Counted from the first letter of the stretch, positions 19,887-30,685 are shown. The stretch is 53,841 bases of DNA from Myxococcales bacterium (GCA_007124745.1 SLEO01000169.1:1-53841); one strand, 5' to 3'. Program-made: numbers and translations. The notes: generated by a model not told the origin, from the letters alone.

Positions 19887-20004
19887 GCGCTCGGAGTGGT
19901 ACCAAGGGTCAGCCCCTTTAGCAACGCGGCGCGTACCCCGAAGGAGCATTTCGCCAAAGGTGGACCCACTTCAGCTCACAACGCGCCCAATCATGACCCA
20001 GGCG

Positions 20005-20589
20005 TCATCCACTCTCAGATGAAGCGGACCTGGATGCCCTGCGAAAGTGAGCCGCGCCCTCCCCGCTCCGAAGCGCTTCGAGGGCGCGCGCACCCAACCA
20101 AGTCCCAGCCTGGCCGCGCACCCCGCGCAAGCCTTCCGCGCTCCCGGGAGAGAACTCAAAATCAAGGTCCCAGGGGGGAAGTACCCCCGCACCAACTTCG
20201 GGCCACTCTACGCACAAAAGCGTCGACCCTTCGAACACGTCGTCCAAATCGAGAAGCGCGACATCACGGGCACTTGCCAGGCGATAAAGGTCTACGTGTA
20301 TAAGCGTCTTCGAGCCCTCATAGGTATTCACCAGGGAAAAGGACGGAGACCGTACGTCGCTGGCCTCCCAGCCCAACGCTTCTGCCAGGAAGCGCACGAA
20401 AGTTGTCTTGCCGGCGCCTATCGGCCCGCGAAGCGAAACGTAAGCAGGCAGCTCTAGACAAGCGGCGAGGCGACGGGCCGAAGCCGCGAGCGCCGCCTCA
20501 TCCCAGACCGCCTCAAACGCTGGCACTTTTGCAAGTTCATCGCCGCTATGTACTCGCTCCACTGGTCCCTCGCGCGGTCTCCTTACCAC
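20005..20589 (-). CDS. tsaE: tRNA t6A37 biosynthesis ATPase TsaE (YjeE)
   Basis: It has the P-loop LRGPIGAGKTTFVR plus SPSFSLVNTYE and HVDLYRL. A C-terminal tail of about 40 aa extends beyond the typical family length. Confidence 0.85.
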   Translation of the reverse strand: MVRRPREGPVERVHSGDELAKVPAFEAVWDEAALAASARRLAACLELPAYVSLRGPIGAGKTTFVRFLAEALGWEASDVRSPSFSLVNTYEGSKTLIHVDLYRLASARDVALLDLDDVFEGSTLLCVEWPEVGAGVLPPWDLDFEFSPGSAEGLRGVRGQAGTWLGARALEALRSGEGAAHFRRASRSASSESG

Positions 20590-20645
20590 AGCGTAAGCGA
20601 AGGTATCATCCTGCGCCGCCCGCGCAGCGCTCCTGCACTCCTGCG

Positions 20646-23600
20646 CTAGAGTCCCAGCGCCTCACGTGCGGCGAAGTATTCTCTCGAAATAGAAAACGCG
20701 AGCAACTCTGCGAGTTTTTCTGCCGCAGGCGGGTCGTTTGGACCTGACGAGGGAAGGGTTTGAACCACGGCTGCAGCGACGCGTACGTCACCGCACGCGA
20801 CAAGGCCCGCGCGTACGGCGGTCATTTCGACACCTCGCAACCATGCCTTAACGTCCGCTCGGCCGCCTTCGTGTGCAGAAAACGCTTTCGCCACCCGGTT
20901 CAAGGCTTCTCTCTGCGACGTTTGCAGCACCCCCCCCAGCTGAGTCGCAAGCTCAGCGGGCTGACCCTCAGCCGGTGCAAGTCCCGCAAGCACGAGCGCC
21001 GCGAGAAGCACCGCTTTCACCTCGCTACTGCTCGAAAGCTGCGTGCGCACGAAACGCTCCGGACGGAAGTAAGCCAGCGTCATGCCGATATAAAAGGCCA
21101 GCTCCGCGGGCGTCCTTCCCGAAAGCAACTGTGAACCCGCGATCACCGCCGGCGGACTCGACCCGGGCACTAGCGCAAGCGCGAGACTCACGTCGCTTCT
21201 AGCGAACAAGCGCGGCGAAAATCCGATAGACAGGCGATCCACAGCCTCCTTGAACACGCGAGCGAACAGCACTGTCGACGTTGCGGGGTCGATCCAGTGC
21301 TTCTTGCTCAAGCCGATTTGCTTGTCGCTCACGCTGCGGAGCTGCATCACTGCAGGCGCCACCACCTCGAGCATTTTCCCAAGGAAAAGGTCCTCGTCGG
21401 GATGGGGCAAGACCTTGAACCAGAAGTCGGCGGGTAGCGTGCGCGTTGCCTCTAACAGTGTCTTGGTCTGGGCGGCGGCTGCACTCGCCTGCATGTCTGC
21501 GTCCGCGTGGCCGAGAAAGGAAAGCACTTTTGCGATAGCTGAGGCTTCTTTCTGGTGCCCAAGCGACTGGTGCAGTCGGTAGAGAGACTGGTAAGATTTT
21601 AGGCGTTGAGGCGACAGCCGGATGATCGCCTCGTGTTGCTCAATCGCCTCGCCCTCCTTCCCGGGCATGGTCTCCAGAAGCTCTGCCAGGATTTTTCGGT
21701 CATCGAGATCGTTCGGCCTAGCTGCGACAGCCATAGAGAAGGCCTCGCATGCGGACGCAAAGTTCTGCAGCCTATCTCGATAGATGAGCCCTAAGTTATG
21801 CCACAGATTCTGGTCGAGTTCCGCATTGCTCTGTCCCACGACACGATGCAGCATTTTTCGGAAAGCACGCTCAAGACCCTTCCAGTCCTGACGCTGCGTC
21901 AGCAGTTTATTGATGGCTTCAAAGGGCTTGAGTTGTGCCGGATCAATGTCTAACGCATCGGCGAAGCGAGCAAGCGCTTCGTCAGGCCGCTTGAGTTCAT
22001 CACGCAGAATGACGCCCGCTGTATATACATATTTCGCCTTCGCCTCAATACGGTCCTCGGTGTCTGCAATTGCCTGGATCGTATCGACAACACGGTCCCA
22101 TTCTCGTTGACTCTGCAGAACGCCAAGCAACTTGTGCAGCGCTCGGTGGTCCGCCGGGTCGAGGTCGACCGCGCGCTCATAGGCCTCCGCAGCCTTGGCG
22201 GGATTGCGCAGCTTTTGTTCCCAAAGCTCGCCCACGTGCAGCAGGTGCCCAACGCCCGCCTCCACTTCTGCCGTCTCGACGAGGCGCTCCAAGTAATGGA
22301 TAGCTTGATTCCACTGCTGCCCCTGCTCGTAGAGTTCGACAATCGCGTTCAGCGCTTCGGCGTAGTCCGCCCAATCGTCCAGCGCCTTCTCAAACATGTT
22401 AAGCGCTTTGCGCCGCTCACCCTGCGCGCGCAGCACCTCGCCCAGGCTAAAGAACACCCCGGCGCGCTCGTCCGGCGCGAGTTCGTCGCGAAAGTGCACG
22501 AGCACTGCCTGAAATGCCTTAAAGGCCTCTTCCCACGCCTCAAGCCCGTGCTTCGCCCGCGCGAGACCAAGCTGGCTTTCCAGGTCGGGTTCTTTGCTGA
22601 GCTCAAGGGCACGCGCGTAGGCGACGGCGGCGGTGTGAGCGTCGCTGAGCTCGGTAGCGACCCGGCCTTGAAGCTTGAGCAGCTCGACGCGACGGTCGTC
22701 ACCGTCGTCCTCTTGAAGGCGTGGAATCAGCCGAGCAAGCAGCGCCTGCGCGCGCTCAAACTCGCCATCCTTGTTGAAATACTCTGCGAGCGGTGCCATC
22801 GCCGCGGTGCAGCCTTCGTCTAATGCCAGCGCCTCCTCGTAAGCGCGTTTTGCATTCGCTTCGTCACCCAGGCGATATTGGTAAGTATCCCCGAGTTCCA
22901 CAAGTGAACGGGCGGCATGCCTTGGCGCCTCGTGCGCTGCCGCTTCCTCGCCGAGCAGCCGCGCCACGGCATGCCAGTCGCAACGTGCAGCGTAGATGGA
23001 GCGCGACGCTGCGAGGGCGCCAATATGTCCAGGATTCTGGTCGAGAACCGACTGAAATACCTCAAGCGCAGCCGGCTCGTCTTCCAGCTTGTCGAGCAGC
23101 AGTCGTCCGAGACGCAGCTGAAGTTCAATGCGTTCTTCCGGCGAGTCCGAGAGCCGGATAAGCTCGGCGAGCATGTCGCGACATCCAGAATGGTCGTTTA
23201 AGCGAGCGTAGACTTCCGCGAGGGCAGAAAGCGTTTCCTCGCTATCACCTTCTCGGTCAAGTGCGGCAAGGTACGCATCAAGCGCGCGCTCCGCATCCCC
23301 GAGACCATCCCGTGCGATGGCGCCCATCTCCCGGTACCAGCGCGCCTGTTCGTGGCGGTCCGCGGTGCTGTGCACCCGTCGGCTCAGACAGTCGAGGGCG
23401 GCCGTCCAATCCGCGCGACTTCGATGCACCTCGACCAACGTCGAGAGTGCCACCTCACTGCTTGGGTCGATCTCGAGTGCAGCTTCCAGCCGCTGCACGG
23501 CCTCGTCAGGCTTGAGGAACTGCTCCCTCCATAAATCGGCCGCCGCGATGAGCGCGCGCACCTGTTCCCGCTCAATCGGAATGTTTTCGACAATGCGGTC

Positions 23601-26600
23601 GTACAGACTCGCGAGCTCACGCCATCGCTGCTCTGCCGAGAGCGAACGCTCCAGCGCGTGCGCGGTCTCGAGATCCGTCGGCTTGTAGACAACCGCCGCT
23701 TCGTAGAGTTGCGCCGCGTAGGCTGCGTCATTGAACTGCGTCTCAAGAATGCGTCCGAGCCGAAGCGAAGCTTCATACCATGCTTCGCTGGGTTCTTGAT
23801 TGGCAACCTGCCTCTCCAGCATGTCCTTGACTTCATTCCACTGGCCGCGCGCCTCGTAGATGGGCTCAAGCGCCGCCGCCGCCGAAACATTGTTGGCATC
23901 TAGTCGCAAGGCCTGCGCGTAGTAGGCCTCCGCTTGTTCGTGCATCTGGAGCTGCTGCGAACACAGCAGCCCGAGCTCCAACAGTGCATTGGCTTTATCG
24001 TCGGCGCTCGGCGCGAGGTCCACGACCCGCGTCAGCGTTTCGCCCATCAATTGCCACTGCTGGGTCAGCCGATACAAATCAACCATCTGCCGTGCCGCAG
24101 CCAGGTTGTTTGCATCGATAGCGAGCACCTGCTCGTAGTAGGGCAACGCGTACTCGGGGTGCGCAAGCTCCTGCCCGTACCAACGGGCACAGGCCAAACA
24201 CACCGCAATGCGTTCACTCTCGTCGGACAAGCTTTCGAGTGTCTCGTTTGCCGCGGTGAGCACTTCACTCCAGCGCTCATGGCGCCGGGCGTACTCCTCG
24301 ATGGCAGCCTGCGTTTCCGAGTCGTCGTACCGCTCCGCCCAGGCCAGGTTGAAGGCTTGGAGCGCACCGTCGACCTCTCCAAGGTCGTCGGCGTACACCC
24401 CACCAAGCTCGCGCAGCAGCGCTGCACGCTCCTTGGCGCGCTCCTCGCCATCGATCCGAACCAGGTATGCATCGACGGAGTCTTGATGACGACCAAGCGC
24501 GCGAAACAGACCGATCATGCGGTCAAATACGGCCCGCGAGCGCGGGTCTCGCTCCTGCCACAGTCGCACCGCTTCGAGCTCTAGCGTGCGGTCCTCTAAG
24601 CGGCCTTGCGCCAAATCCGCAGCCTCGCTGACCTCAGCGAGGGCACGTGTTGGGTCGGGGTGGACGGTGGCGCGACGCAGCTTAACGTCCACCAGGCCAC
24701 GCCAGTCTTCCTCTGCAACGTAGAGACGCTCGAGCGCTTCAAGCACATCGAGGCGAGCAGGATCGTACTCAAGTGCCGAGACGTAGGCCTCAATCGCCTC
24801 CGCGGGCTGAGCGAGCTCGCTACCCGCGTAAAGCTTTCCGAGTTCTTCGTAGGCGTCTGCGAGCTTAGGCCCATGTCGCTCCGGGTCACCTGCCGCTACT
24901 TGCCGCAGGAGGCAATCGACAAGCTCGAAGGTCATGTTTTGACGGCGATAGGTTTCGGCGAGGGCGTCTAGCGCCTCAAAGTGCGCAGGGTCGATATCGA
25001 GGACGCGTTCCCAGGCCTCTAGCGCATTGCGTTCACGGCCAAGTTTGTCGCTCCAAAGGCGAGCTAGGTCGGCGAGTACTGCAACGCGGTGACTGTCGTC
25101 AAAGGCGGCCGCCGCCTCGCGCTCAAGGACATCGCTTAGGTCCCGCCAGTTACCGGCAAGCGCGTAGAGATTGCCGAGACGGTTAAGCGCTTCCGCTGTA
25201 TCGCCCCGAAGCTCTAGAACCTGCCTCCAGTAGTTCACTGCCCGCCCCTGGTCGCCCGTCAGTGATTCACACACCATGGCTGCCTCGGCCAAAAGCTCCG
25301 CGCGCGCATCCTCGGAGAGTACCAGCTGCGCTTCTCGCTCAATGACGCCGAGGTAGGCATTCCAGTCCTGCACCTGCGCGTACACGGACTTCAGCGGCGC
25401 AAGCGTCTCAACATCGTCGCTCCATGCATCTTTTTGCAGCTCTTCGTAGGCGGCCACTGCGCCCGCAAAATCTCCCAGCCCTGCCGCTAGGGTATGCCCG
25501 AGCGCCGCCAGACACTGTTGGCGCTCTTCTGGGTCGCTTTCTGACGCCAGACGGCGGCGCAAGACGGCGACAAGTGGACTGTGCGCATCGCTTTCGCGGT
25601 AGATGCCTTCGAGACTTTTAAGCGCCTCGCTGTGATTTGCGTCCTGCGACAGGACGAAGCGAAAGGTCGACTCCGCACGGTAGGCATCGCCAAGATGCAC
25701 GAGATAGGTCGAGGCGAGCCGCATGCCGTAGGCCACTCGCAGACCGCTTGCTCCCGAAGCCTGAACGATGTCTGCGTAGGTGTTCGCAAGCTGACTCCAG
25801 GCGTCGAGCGCCTCTGCTCGAAGTTCGACTTCCAGCACTAGGTCTTCATCTTCCGGCGCCTCGGAAAGCGCACGCTGGAGCCACTCGAACGATGCATGCT
25901 CGTCCAGCAAAGCATCGCGATATAGGTCTGAGAGCGCCCGAAGCTGAGGGAGCCGCTCGGCTGGCGCCGCTGTCGTGTTCAACAGGACTTCACGCAGATA
26001 AGCGAGCTTTTGCCAGTCACCGTGCATGCGGTAGACCGGCTCGAGCGCATCCGCGACCACCGCAACCTCCGTACCCTCCGCCAGCATCAGCTCGAGGGCT
26101 GAGCGCGCTTGAGCGTGCTCGGGCGCGAGCGCGAGAATCTCCTTGTACTGCTCAATGGCGCCGAGATGATCACCCAGACAGCGCTCGCGGAGCTGGGCAC
26201 TCCGAAAACGAAGCCTGAGTTCCTCGTCAGGGTCGGTGACGAGAGGGATCTGCATCTGGACACATCGTACGACCGGCTCCCAGCGGCCCTGACGCTCGTG
26301 CAGCTCGGCAAGCGCACGCAGTGCGTCGAGATGATTGGCGTCGAGCGAGAGCACCACTTCGTACGCCTCAACCGCCCGCTCGATGGATTCGTCGACTTCG
26401 CTGAAGGCCTTCGCAGCCACGAGCGCGAGATCAACTGCCGCTACCGTATCGCGACTCGCCTGACGCTGCGCTTCCGCTAAGGCGCCGTCTCCAAGCGCCA
26501 CGAAACGGTCTCCCCGAACGGCAAGGCCTTGGAGCGATTGCAAAAGGTGCTCGCTCCCCGGATCGATCGCCAAGGCCTCGAGATAATGGGAAAAAGCGCG

Positions 26601-29600
26601 GGCCTCGTCGCCGAGTTGCACGTCGCACACCTGCGCGAGGTAGCTGAGTAGTTCGAGTTTTTCGACTGGGTCTTCTTCGTGCGCTGCCCGCAAGGTCAAC
26701 ACCTGCGCCACCGCCGGCCACGCACCCTCCGCCTCGTACACGGGCTGCAGCAACGCGGACACGCGACCCGGTTCCTGTCCCGCCTGCAACATGTCTTCTA
26801 GCGCGCGCTTGGTGGGCGCGTGGGCGCCCATCGTGTCGAAAATCTCCTGATAGAGTTCGAGCGCTCGCAGCGCCTCATCCATTTGTGTGCGCCAGATCTC
26901 CGCAATGCGAAAGCGGTAACCCGTAAGTTCGCCATCGCTGGAAGCCGCGTGCGCCCGCTGCTCAAGCACCGAGAGCAGCTCCGGCCAGTTGGCCGAGGCT
27001 TGGTAGAGCGCGTCGAGGCGCGCCATGCCCACTACATCAGAGGGGTCGATCTCAAGAATCTTTTGGTAGGTATCGATCGCGCGCTCAAGGTCGCCGAGCT
27101 CGTGCTCGTAAATGATGCCGATCTCTACCAGAGAGCGTTTTTTCTCATCGATATCGATAAGTAGATCGAGACGCCGGTCGTATACCGACAAAACGTCGTC
27201 CCACGCCTCCAGCAGAAGCAGCATTTCGATCACTTTGTCGACGACTTCGAGGTCATCGGGCTCCGCCTCGAGAAGCAGCTGGTAAGCACGACCAGCTGCC
27301 TGGTAGTCCGCAAGCTCGTCTTCGTATATGGCCGCCGCGCGCATGAGCGCCTGCCGGCGTTGCTCAGGGTCTTCCGCGGCCTGCCCCTTGCCGAGCAAGA
27401 CCTGCGCAAGCTCCTCAAAGCGCGCAGACGCTTCGAAAAGCTGCTCAAGCGCCTCAAGTGCGCTGAGTTGCGCCGGGTCACAGCGCAGCGCGTTCTGGTA
27501 AAGCTCGCTCGCCTTATCGACATCGCCGAGGATGTCGCTCGCAATGTGCGCAGCGCGGGCGTAAAGCTCCGCCGCCAGCACTTGGTCCTGGAAGCTCTGA
27601 GCGCAGCTTTCGTAGAGACCTACAACCTCAGCGAATACGCCCAGGTCCGCCGCGTAGCGCTCGACGTGATCAACCACGATGCGCGGGTCGAGTTCCTCCC
27701 GAAGTGCGGTGGCCATGGCTTCATAGGCGCCGCGGGAGTTCCCAAGCCCGAGCTCCTCCGCCTCGGCCACCTTTAAGAAGAGCGCCAAACGCCCTTCGGG
27801 GTCCACCACTTGGCTGAGCTGACGCCGGTAAAGGCCCAGCATGCCCTCGAAGTTGCCCTGGACGCGGTACACGGGCTCAAGCACCTCGGCCAGCGGCAAC
27901 ACGTAACTCGCACCGTCGAGTAACGATTCGAGTGCTGCGACCGCCGGCTCGAAGGAAGGGTCGAGTTCGAGAATCGCGCGCAGGTTCTGGATCGCCCCCT
28001 CGACGTCCGATAGGTGCTCACGACGAACCTGGCTCAGCTCGAGAAGGTAATCGATGCGGCTTTCAGGGTCTTCAACGCGGTCGATGCAAAGCTCTAAGAC
28101 CTCGACCAGACCAGACCAGTTGCCCTGGCGCCGGCGCAATCCCGCTAGCCGATGCGCAGCCTCAACGGCCTGAGGGCTTAGGTCGAGGGCCTGGCCAAAG
28201 ACTTCAGCGGCCGCCTCTTCATCCTTCACTTCGTCGAGGTAAACGTCGCCGGCCGTCAGCAGCAGGGCCACCGCTGCTTCGGGGGACTCCACCAGCCGGG
28301 CGCGTTGCCGAGCAAAGCCAGCAAAGGCCGCGGACTTCCCCAAACCCTGCGCAAGTCGCATGACCTCCGCCAGCAACGCTTCGTCCACATCGTCGAGGCG
28401 AGCTGCCGCTTCGAGCAGTTCGAAGGCTGCGGCCGTATCTTCCAATGCCACTTCGGCGATCTGTGCCGCTGATTGAAGGAGTTTACGCCGCAGGGCGACA
28501 TCCTCATCGGAAGCGCCAAGTGCGCCGAGCTCGGACACCAAAACACGATGCTGATCTGGCTCAAGCGCTAGACTTTTCGCACGGTCGAGCAGCGTTGCAC
28601 TCGCGGGCAGCGCTTTGAGCGCCTTGCACGCCCGGGCAAACGCGGCGACTTCACTTTCGCGGCGCAGGTCTCCGTCAATCAAGCTCAGCCAAGCGTCTTC
28701 GCGCACCTCGAAAGAGACGCCCTCCGCCGCGAGAACCTCGAGTCCCAGAACCACATCGGATTCGTCGCGGCGAAGCCCGCCGAGGGCCACGAGCAACTGC
28801 GCCGCGCCGAGGCGCGTCTCCGAAACGTCAACCAGGGACCTCAGGACGCTCAGCGCCTCGCTCTGTGTTGCTAGCTGCTCGCCAGACTCCTCCTCCAACG
28901 CAACGAGCGCTTTGAAGGGTTTTTCAAGCTTGTCTGCATAGACTCGAGCTAGCTGTGCCGCCCAGGCGGCACGCTTCTCGACTTCAGACTCGCTGGCGAG
29001 CAGTGCCTCAAGTGCTTCGGCGACAAGGTCCGGCCTATCGCTCTCTTGTCCGAACCCCGCAAGGCCTAGCCATGCCTGCTCCGTTGCAGATTCGAGCAGA
29101 AGGTCGCGGTAGACTTGCTCTGCTCTGTCCGGCGAGTTCAGGGGCCCGGCCAACATCTTCGCCAGCTCAAGGTGCAACTGTTCGCGCACTTCCGGTGCCG
29201 CTTCTTGCTCCAGGCGCTCACGATAGAGCGGCTCGATTTCGCTGAAACGCTCGGCGCGCTTAAGCTCCTCGCAGAGCAATACAAGCGCGCGCGTATGCGA
29301 AGGGAAGGTAGCGATGACTTGCTGCAGCAACGTTATCGCTTCGGATCCCGAACCCAAGCGCGCCTTGAAGCTCGCGATTTCCACCTCGAGGTCCGCGCGC
29401 AACTCGGGCTCGGACGCCGAGACCGCAGCCAAGGCCTCCCCGAGTAGCGTCACACCTGCACTGAAGGCCTCAAGACGGCCGATCAGACTCACGTAGCGCT
29501 CAACGAATACCCGTTGAGCGCCGGACACCAAAACCAGCGCACCGAAGCGCTTCGCCGCTTCATCTAAATCATCGAGCTTCGACTCGGTAAGGCGCGCCGC

Positions 29601-30659
29601 TTCATCGAGCAGCGCGATGGCCTGAGACGCGTTGCCAGCCCTCTTCTCATCCGCAGCGATCACGTCGAGAACAGCAACCAGTGACGTCTCGGGACCTGCC
29701 TCACGGTAGTGGTCGAGCAACGCTCGTGCCGCAGTGGCCTCATCCGGGTCAACTTCAAGCACCCGTTCATAGAGCCGGATGGCGCGCTCGGGACGCTGCT
29801 TGTCCTCTGTCCAAAGCCGCGCGCCCCGCAGCAAGGCTTCAACGCGTGCCGTCGGTTCGGCGTCCTCGCGCTCACCTTCGCGCTCCAGAATACGAATCAA
29901 CTCGTCACTGCGTCCGCTCTCAGAAAAGAACGCTTCAAGCTCATCCCAACGCGCGAGTGAAACAAGACGACGCTTGAACTGTTCCTGCGCCCGTCGGTCG
30001 TCGGGGTCAATCGCGAGAAGTTTACGGTAAACCTCCGCCGATGCCGCCTCGTCATTGAGTTTGTCCGCGAGCAATAAACCCAGTTCCTGCAGCGCCGCCT
30101 TGAGCTCATCCTCCTGCGTCAGCAGTTCCACCCTGGACTGGAGCACGCGCGCGAGAGGCTCCCAGTTTGCCGTGCGCTTGTAGAGCATCGAGAGCTGCTC
30201 AAGCGCCTCAGGATGCGTTTCATCGATCGCGAAGACCGCTTCCCACGCCTCTATACAGGCGTCGGGTCGTCGCAAACGCTCGGTGGCCACATGCGCGATC
30301 TCAACGAGAAGTACGAGCTTGTCGCCGGCGTCATCGGTTTGATCGGCGTCAAGCCGCATGACCTGGACCACACGTTTCCAGTCGTGACGCTTCTCGGCGA
30401 GTGCGCGCACCTCGGTTTTCGCGCGGGCATGGCGCGCATCGACCTCAAGCACACGCTCCCAAATCTTGAGCGCTTCCCCGTGATTGTTGGCCTTTTCTGT
30501 GAGCACCGTCGCCGCCTCAATTAGGGCGTCAACCTTGTCGCCGTCGGTCTCAAACAGATCGACTTTGGCCAGTAGACAGCGCACCACATCGGACCAGCGC
30601 CGTTGCGCCTGAAACTTCTCAATCGAGGCATCTAACTCTGCAAGATTGCTCGCACTCAT
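20646..30659 (-). CDS. Giant (3337 aa) TPR-repeat protein with a non-TPR C-terminal domain of about 330 aa
   Basis: A single uninterrupted 10,014-nt ORF. A TPR-like signature recurs from residue about 10 to about 3000 (...A..Y..VL..DP.....AL..L..LY......W..L..VL...). There is no signal peptide or TM segment. The start ATG lies 26 nt after the upstream TPR gene stop. Confidence 0.85.
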   Translation of the reverse strand: MSASNLAELDASIEKFQAQRRWSDVVRCLLAKVDLFETDGDKVDALIEAATVLTEKANNHGEALKIWERVLEVDARHARAKTEVRALAEKRHDWKRVVQVMRLDADQTDDAGDKLVLLVEIAHVATERLRRPDACIEAWEAVFAIDETHPEALEQLSMLYKRTANWEPLARVLQSRVELLTQEDELKAALQELGLLLADKLNDEAASAEVYRKLLAIDPDDRRAQEQFKRRLVSLARWDELEAFFSESGRSDELIRILEREGEREDAEPTARVEALLRGARLWTEDKQRPERAIRLYERVLEVDPDEATAARALLDHYREAGPETSLVAVLDVIAADEKRAGNASQAIALLDEAARLTESKLDDLDEAAKRFGALVLVSGAQRVFVERYVSLIGRLEAFSAGVTLLGEALAAVSASEPELRADLEVEIASFKARLGSGSEAITLLQQVIATFPSHTRALVLLCEELKRAERFSEIEPLYRERLEQEAAPEVREQLHLELAKMLAGPLNSPDRAEQVYRDLLLESATEQAWLGLAGFGQESDRPDLVAEALEALLASESEVEKRAAWAAQLARVYADKLEKPFKALVALEEESGEQLATQSEALSVLRSLVDVSETRLGAAQLLVALGGLRRDESDVVLGLEVLAAEGVSFEVREDAWLSLIDGDLRRESEVAAFARACKALKALPASATLLDRAKSLALEPDQHRVLVSELGALGASDEDVALRRKLLQSAAQIAEVALEDTAAAFELLEAAARLDDVDEALLAEVMRLAQGLGKSAAFAGFARQRARLVESPEAAVALLLTAGDVYLDEVKDEEAAAEVFGQALDLSPQAVEAAHRLAGLRRRQGNWSGLVEVLELCIDRVEDPESRIDYLLELSQVRREHLSDVEGAIQNLRAILELDPSFEPAVAALESLLDGASYVLPLAEVLEPVYRVQGNFEGMLGLYRRQLSQVVDPEGRLALFLKVAEAEELGLGNSRGAYEAMATALREELDPRIVVDHVERYAADLGVFAEVVGLYESCAQSFQDQVLAAELYARAAHIASDILGDVDKASELYQNALRCDPAQLSALEALEQLFEASARFEELAQVLLGKGQAAEDPEQRRQALMRAAAIYEDELADYQAAGRAYQLLLEAEPDDLEVVDKVIEMLLLLEAWDDVLSVYDRRLDLLIDIDEKKRSLVEIGIIYEHELGDLERAIDTYQKILEIDPSDVVGMARLDALYQASANWPELLSVLEQRAHAASSDGELTGYRFRIAEIWRTQMDEALRALELYQEIFDTMGAHAPTKRALEDMLQAGQEPGRVSALLQPVYEAEGAWPAVAQVLTLRAAHEEDPVEKLELLSYLAQVCDVQLGDEARAFSHYLEALAIDPGSEHLLQSLQGLAVRGDRFVALGDGALAEAQRQASRDTVAAVDLALVAAKAFSEVDESIERAVEAYEVVLSLDANHLDALRALAELHERQGRWEPVVRCVQMQIPLVTDPDEELRLRFRSAQLRERCLGDHLGAIEQYKEILALAPEHAQARSALELMLAEGTEVAVVADALEPVYRMHGDWQKLAYLREVLLNTTAAPAERLPQLRALSDLYRDALLDEHASFEWLQRALSEAPEDEDLVLEVELRAEALDAWSQLANTYADIVQASGASGLRVAYGMRLASTYLVHLGDAYRAESTFRFVLSQDANHSEALKSLEGIYRESDAHSPLVAVLRRRLASESDPEERQQCLAALGHTLAAGLGDFAGAVAAYEELQKDAWSDDVETLAPLKSVYAQVQDWNAYLGVIEREAQLVLSEDARAELLAEAAMVCESLTGDQGRAVNYWRQVLELRGDTAEALNRLGNLYALAGNWRDLSDVLEREAAAAFDDSHRVAVLADLARLWSDKLGRERNALEAWERVLDIDPAHFEALDALAETYRRQNMTFELVDCLLRQVAAGDPERHGPKLADAYEELGKLYAGSELAQPAEAIEAYVSALEYDPARLDVLEALERLYVAEEDWRGLVDVKLRRATVHPDPTRALAEVSEAADLAQGRLEDRTLELEAVRLWQERDPRSRAVFDRMIGLFRALGRHQDSVDAYLVRIDGEERAKERAALLRELGGVYADDLGEVDGALQAFNLAWAERYDDSETQAAIEEYARRHERWSEVLTAANETLESLSDESERIAVCLACARWYGQELAHPEYALPYYEQVLAIDANNLAAARQMVDLYRLTQQWQLMGETLTRVVDLAPSADDKANALLELGLLCSQQLQMHEQAEAYYAQALRLDANNVSAAAALEPIYEARGQWNEVKDMLERQVANQEPSEAWYEASLRLGRILETQFNDAAYAAQLYEAAVVYKPTDLETAHALERSLSAEQRWRELASLYDRIVENIPIEREQVRALIAAADLWREQFLKPDEAVQRLEAALEIDPSSEVALSTLVEVHRSRADWTAALDCLSRRVHSTADRHEQARWYREMGAIARDGLGDAERALDAYLAALDREGDSEETLSALAEVYARLNDHSGCRDMLAELIRLSDSPEERIELQLRLGRLLLDKLEDEPAALEVFQSVLDQNPGHIGALAASRSIYAARCDWHAVARLLGEEAAAHEAPRHAARSLVELGDTYQYRLGDEANAKRAYEEALALDEGCTAAMAPLAEYFNKDGEFERAQALLARLIPRLQEDDGDDRRVELLKLQGRVATELSDAHTAAVAYARALELSKEPDLESQLGLARAKHGLEAWEEAFKAFQAVLVHFRDELAPDERAGVFFSLGEVLRAQGERRKALNMFEKALDDWADYAEALNAIVELYEQGQQWNQAIHYLERLVETAEVEAGVGHLLHVGELWEQKLRNPAKAAEAYERAVDLDPADHRALHKLLGVLQSQREWDRVVDTIQAIADTEDRIEAKAKYVYTAGVILRDELKRPDEALARFADALDIDPAQLKPFEAINKLLTQRQDWKGLERAFRKMLHRVVGQSNAELDQNLWHNLGLIYRDRLQNFASACEAFSMAVAARPNDLDDRKILAELLETMPGKEGEAIEQHEAIIRLSPQRLKSYQSLYRLHQSLGHQKEASAIAKVLSFLGHADADMQASAAAAQTKTLLEATRTLPADFWFKVLPHPDEDLFLGKMLEVVAPAVMQLRSVSDKQIGLSKKHWIDPATSTVLFARVFKEAVDRLSIGFSPRLFARSDVSLALALVPGSSPPAVIAGSQLLSGRTPAELAFYIGMTLAYFRPERFVRTQLSSSSEVKAVLLAALVLAGLAPAEGQPAELATQLGGVLQTSQREALNRVAKAFSAHEGGRADVKAWLRGVEMTAVRAGLVACGDVRVAAAVVQTLPSSGPNDPPAAEKLAELLAFSISREYFAAREALGL

Positions 30660-30685
30660 GGGGCTTCGGACCTTTCTTCAATCGG

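Noticed and set aside
22107-26218. Long plus-strand ORFs inside the giant TPR gene (for example 22107..22823, 23934..24584, 25637..26218), and similar antisense ORFs inside carB, the ACAD, OmpA, dehydrogenase and epimerase genes (31895..32704, 37300..38061, 50951..51532, 52569..53363)
   Set aside because: These are typical high-GC antisense open frames. Their translations are Arg/Pro/Ala-rich with no motifs, while the opposite strand carries clear family signatures.
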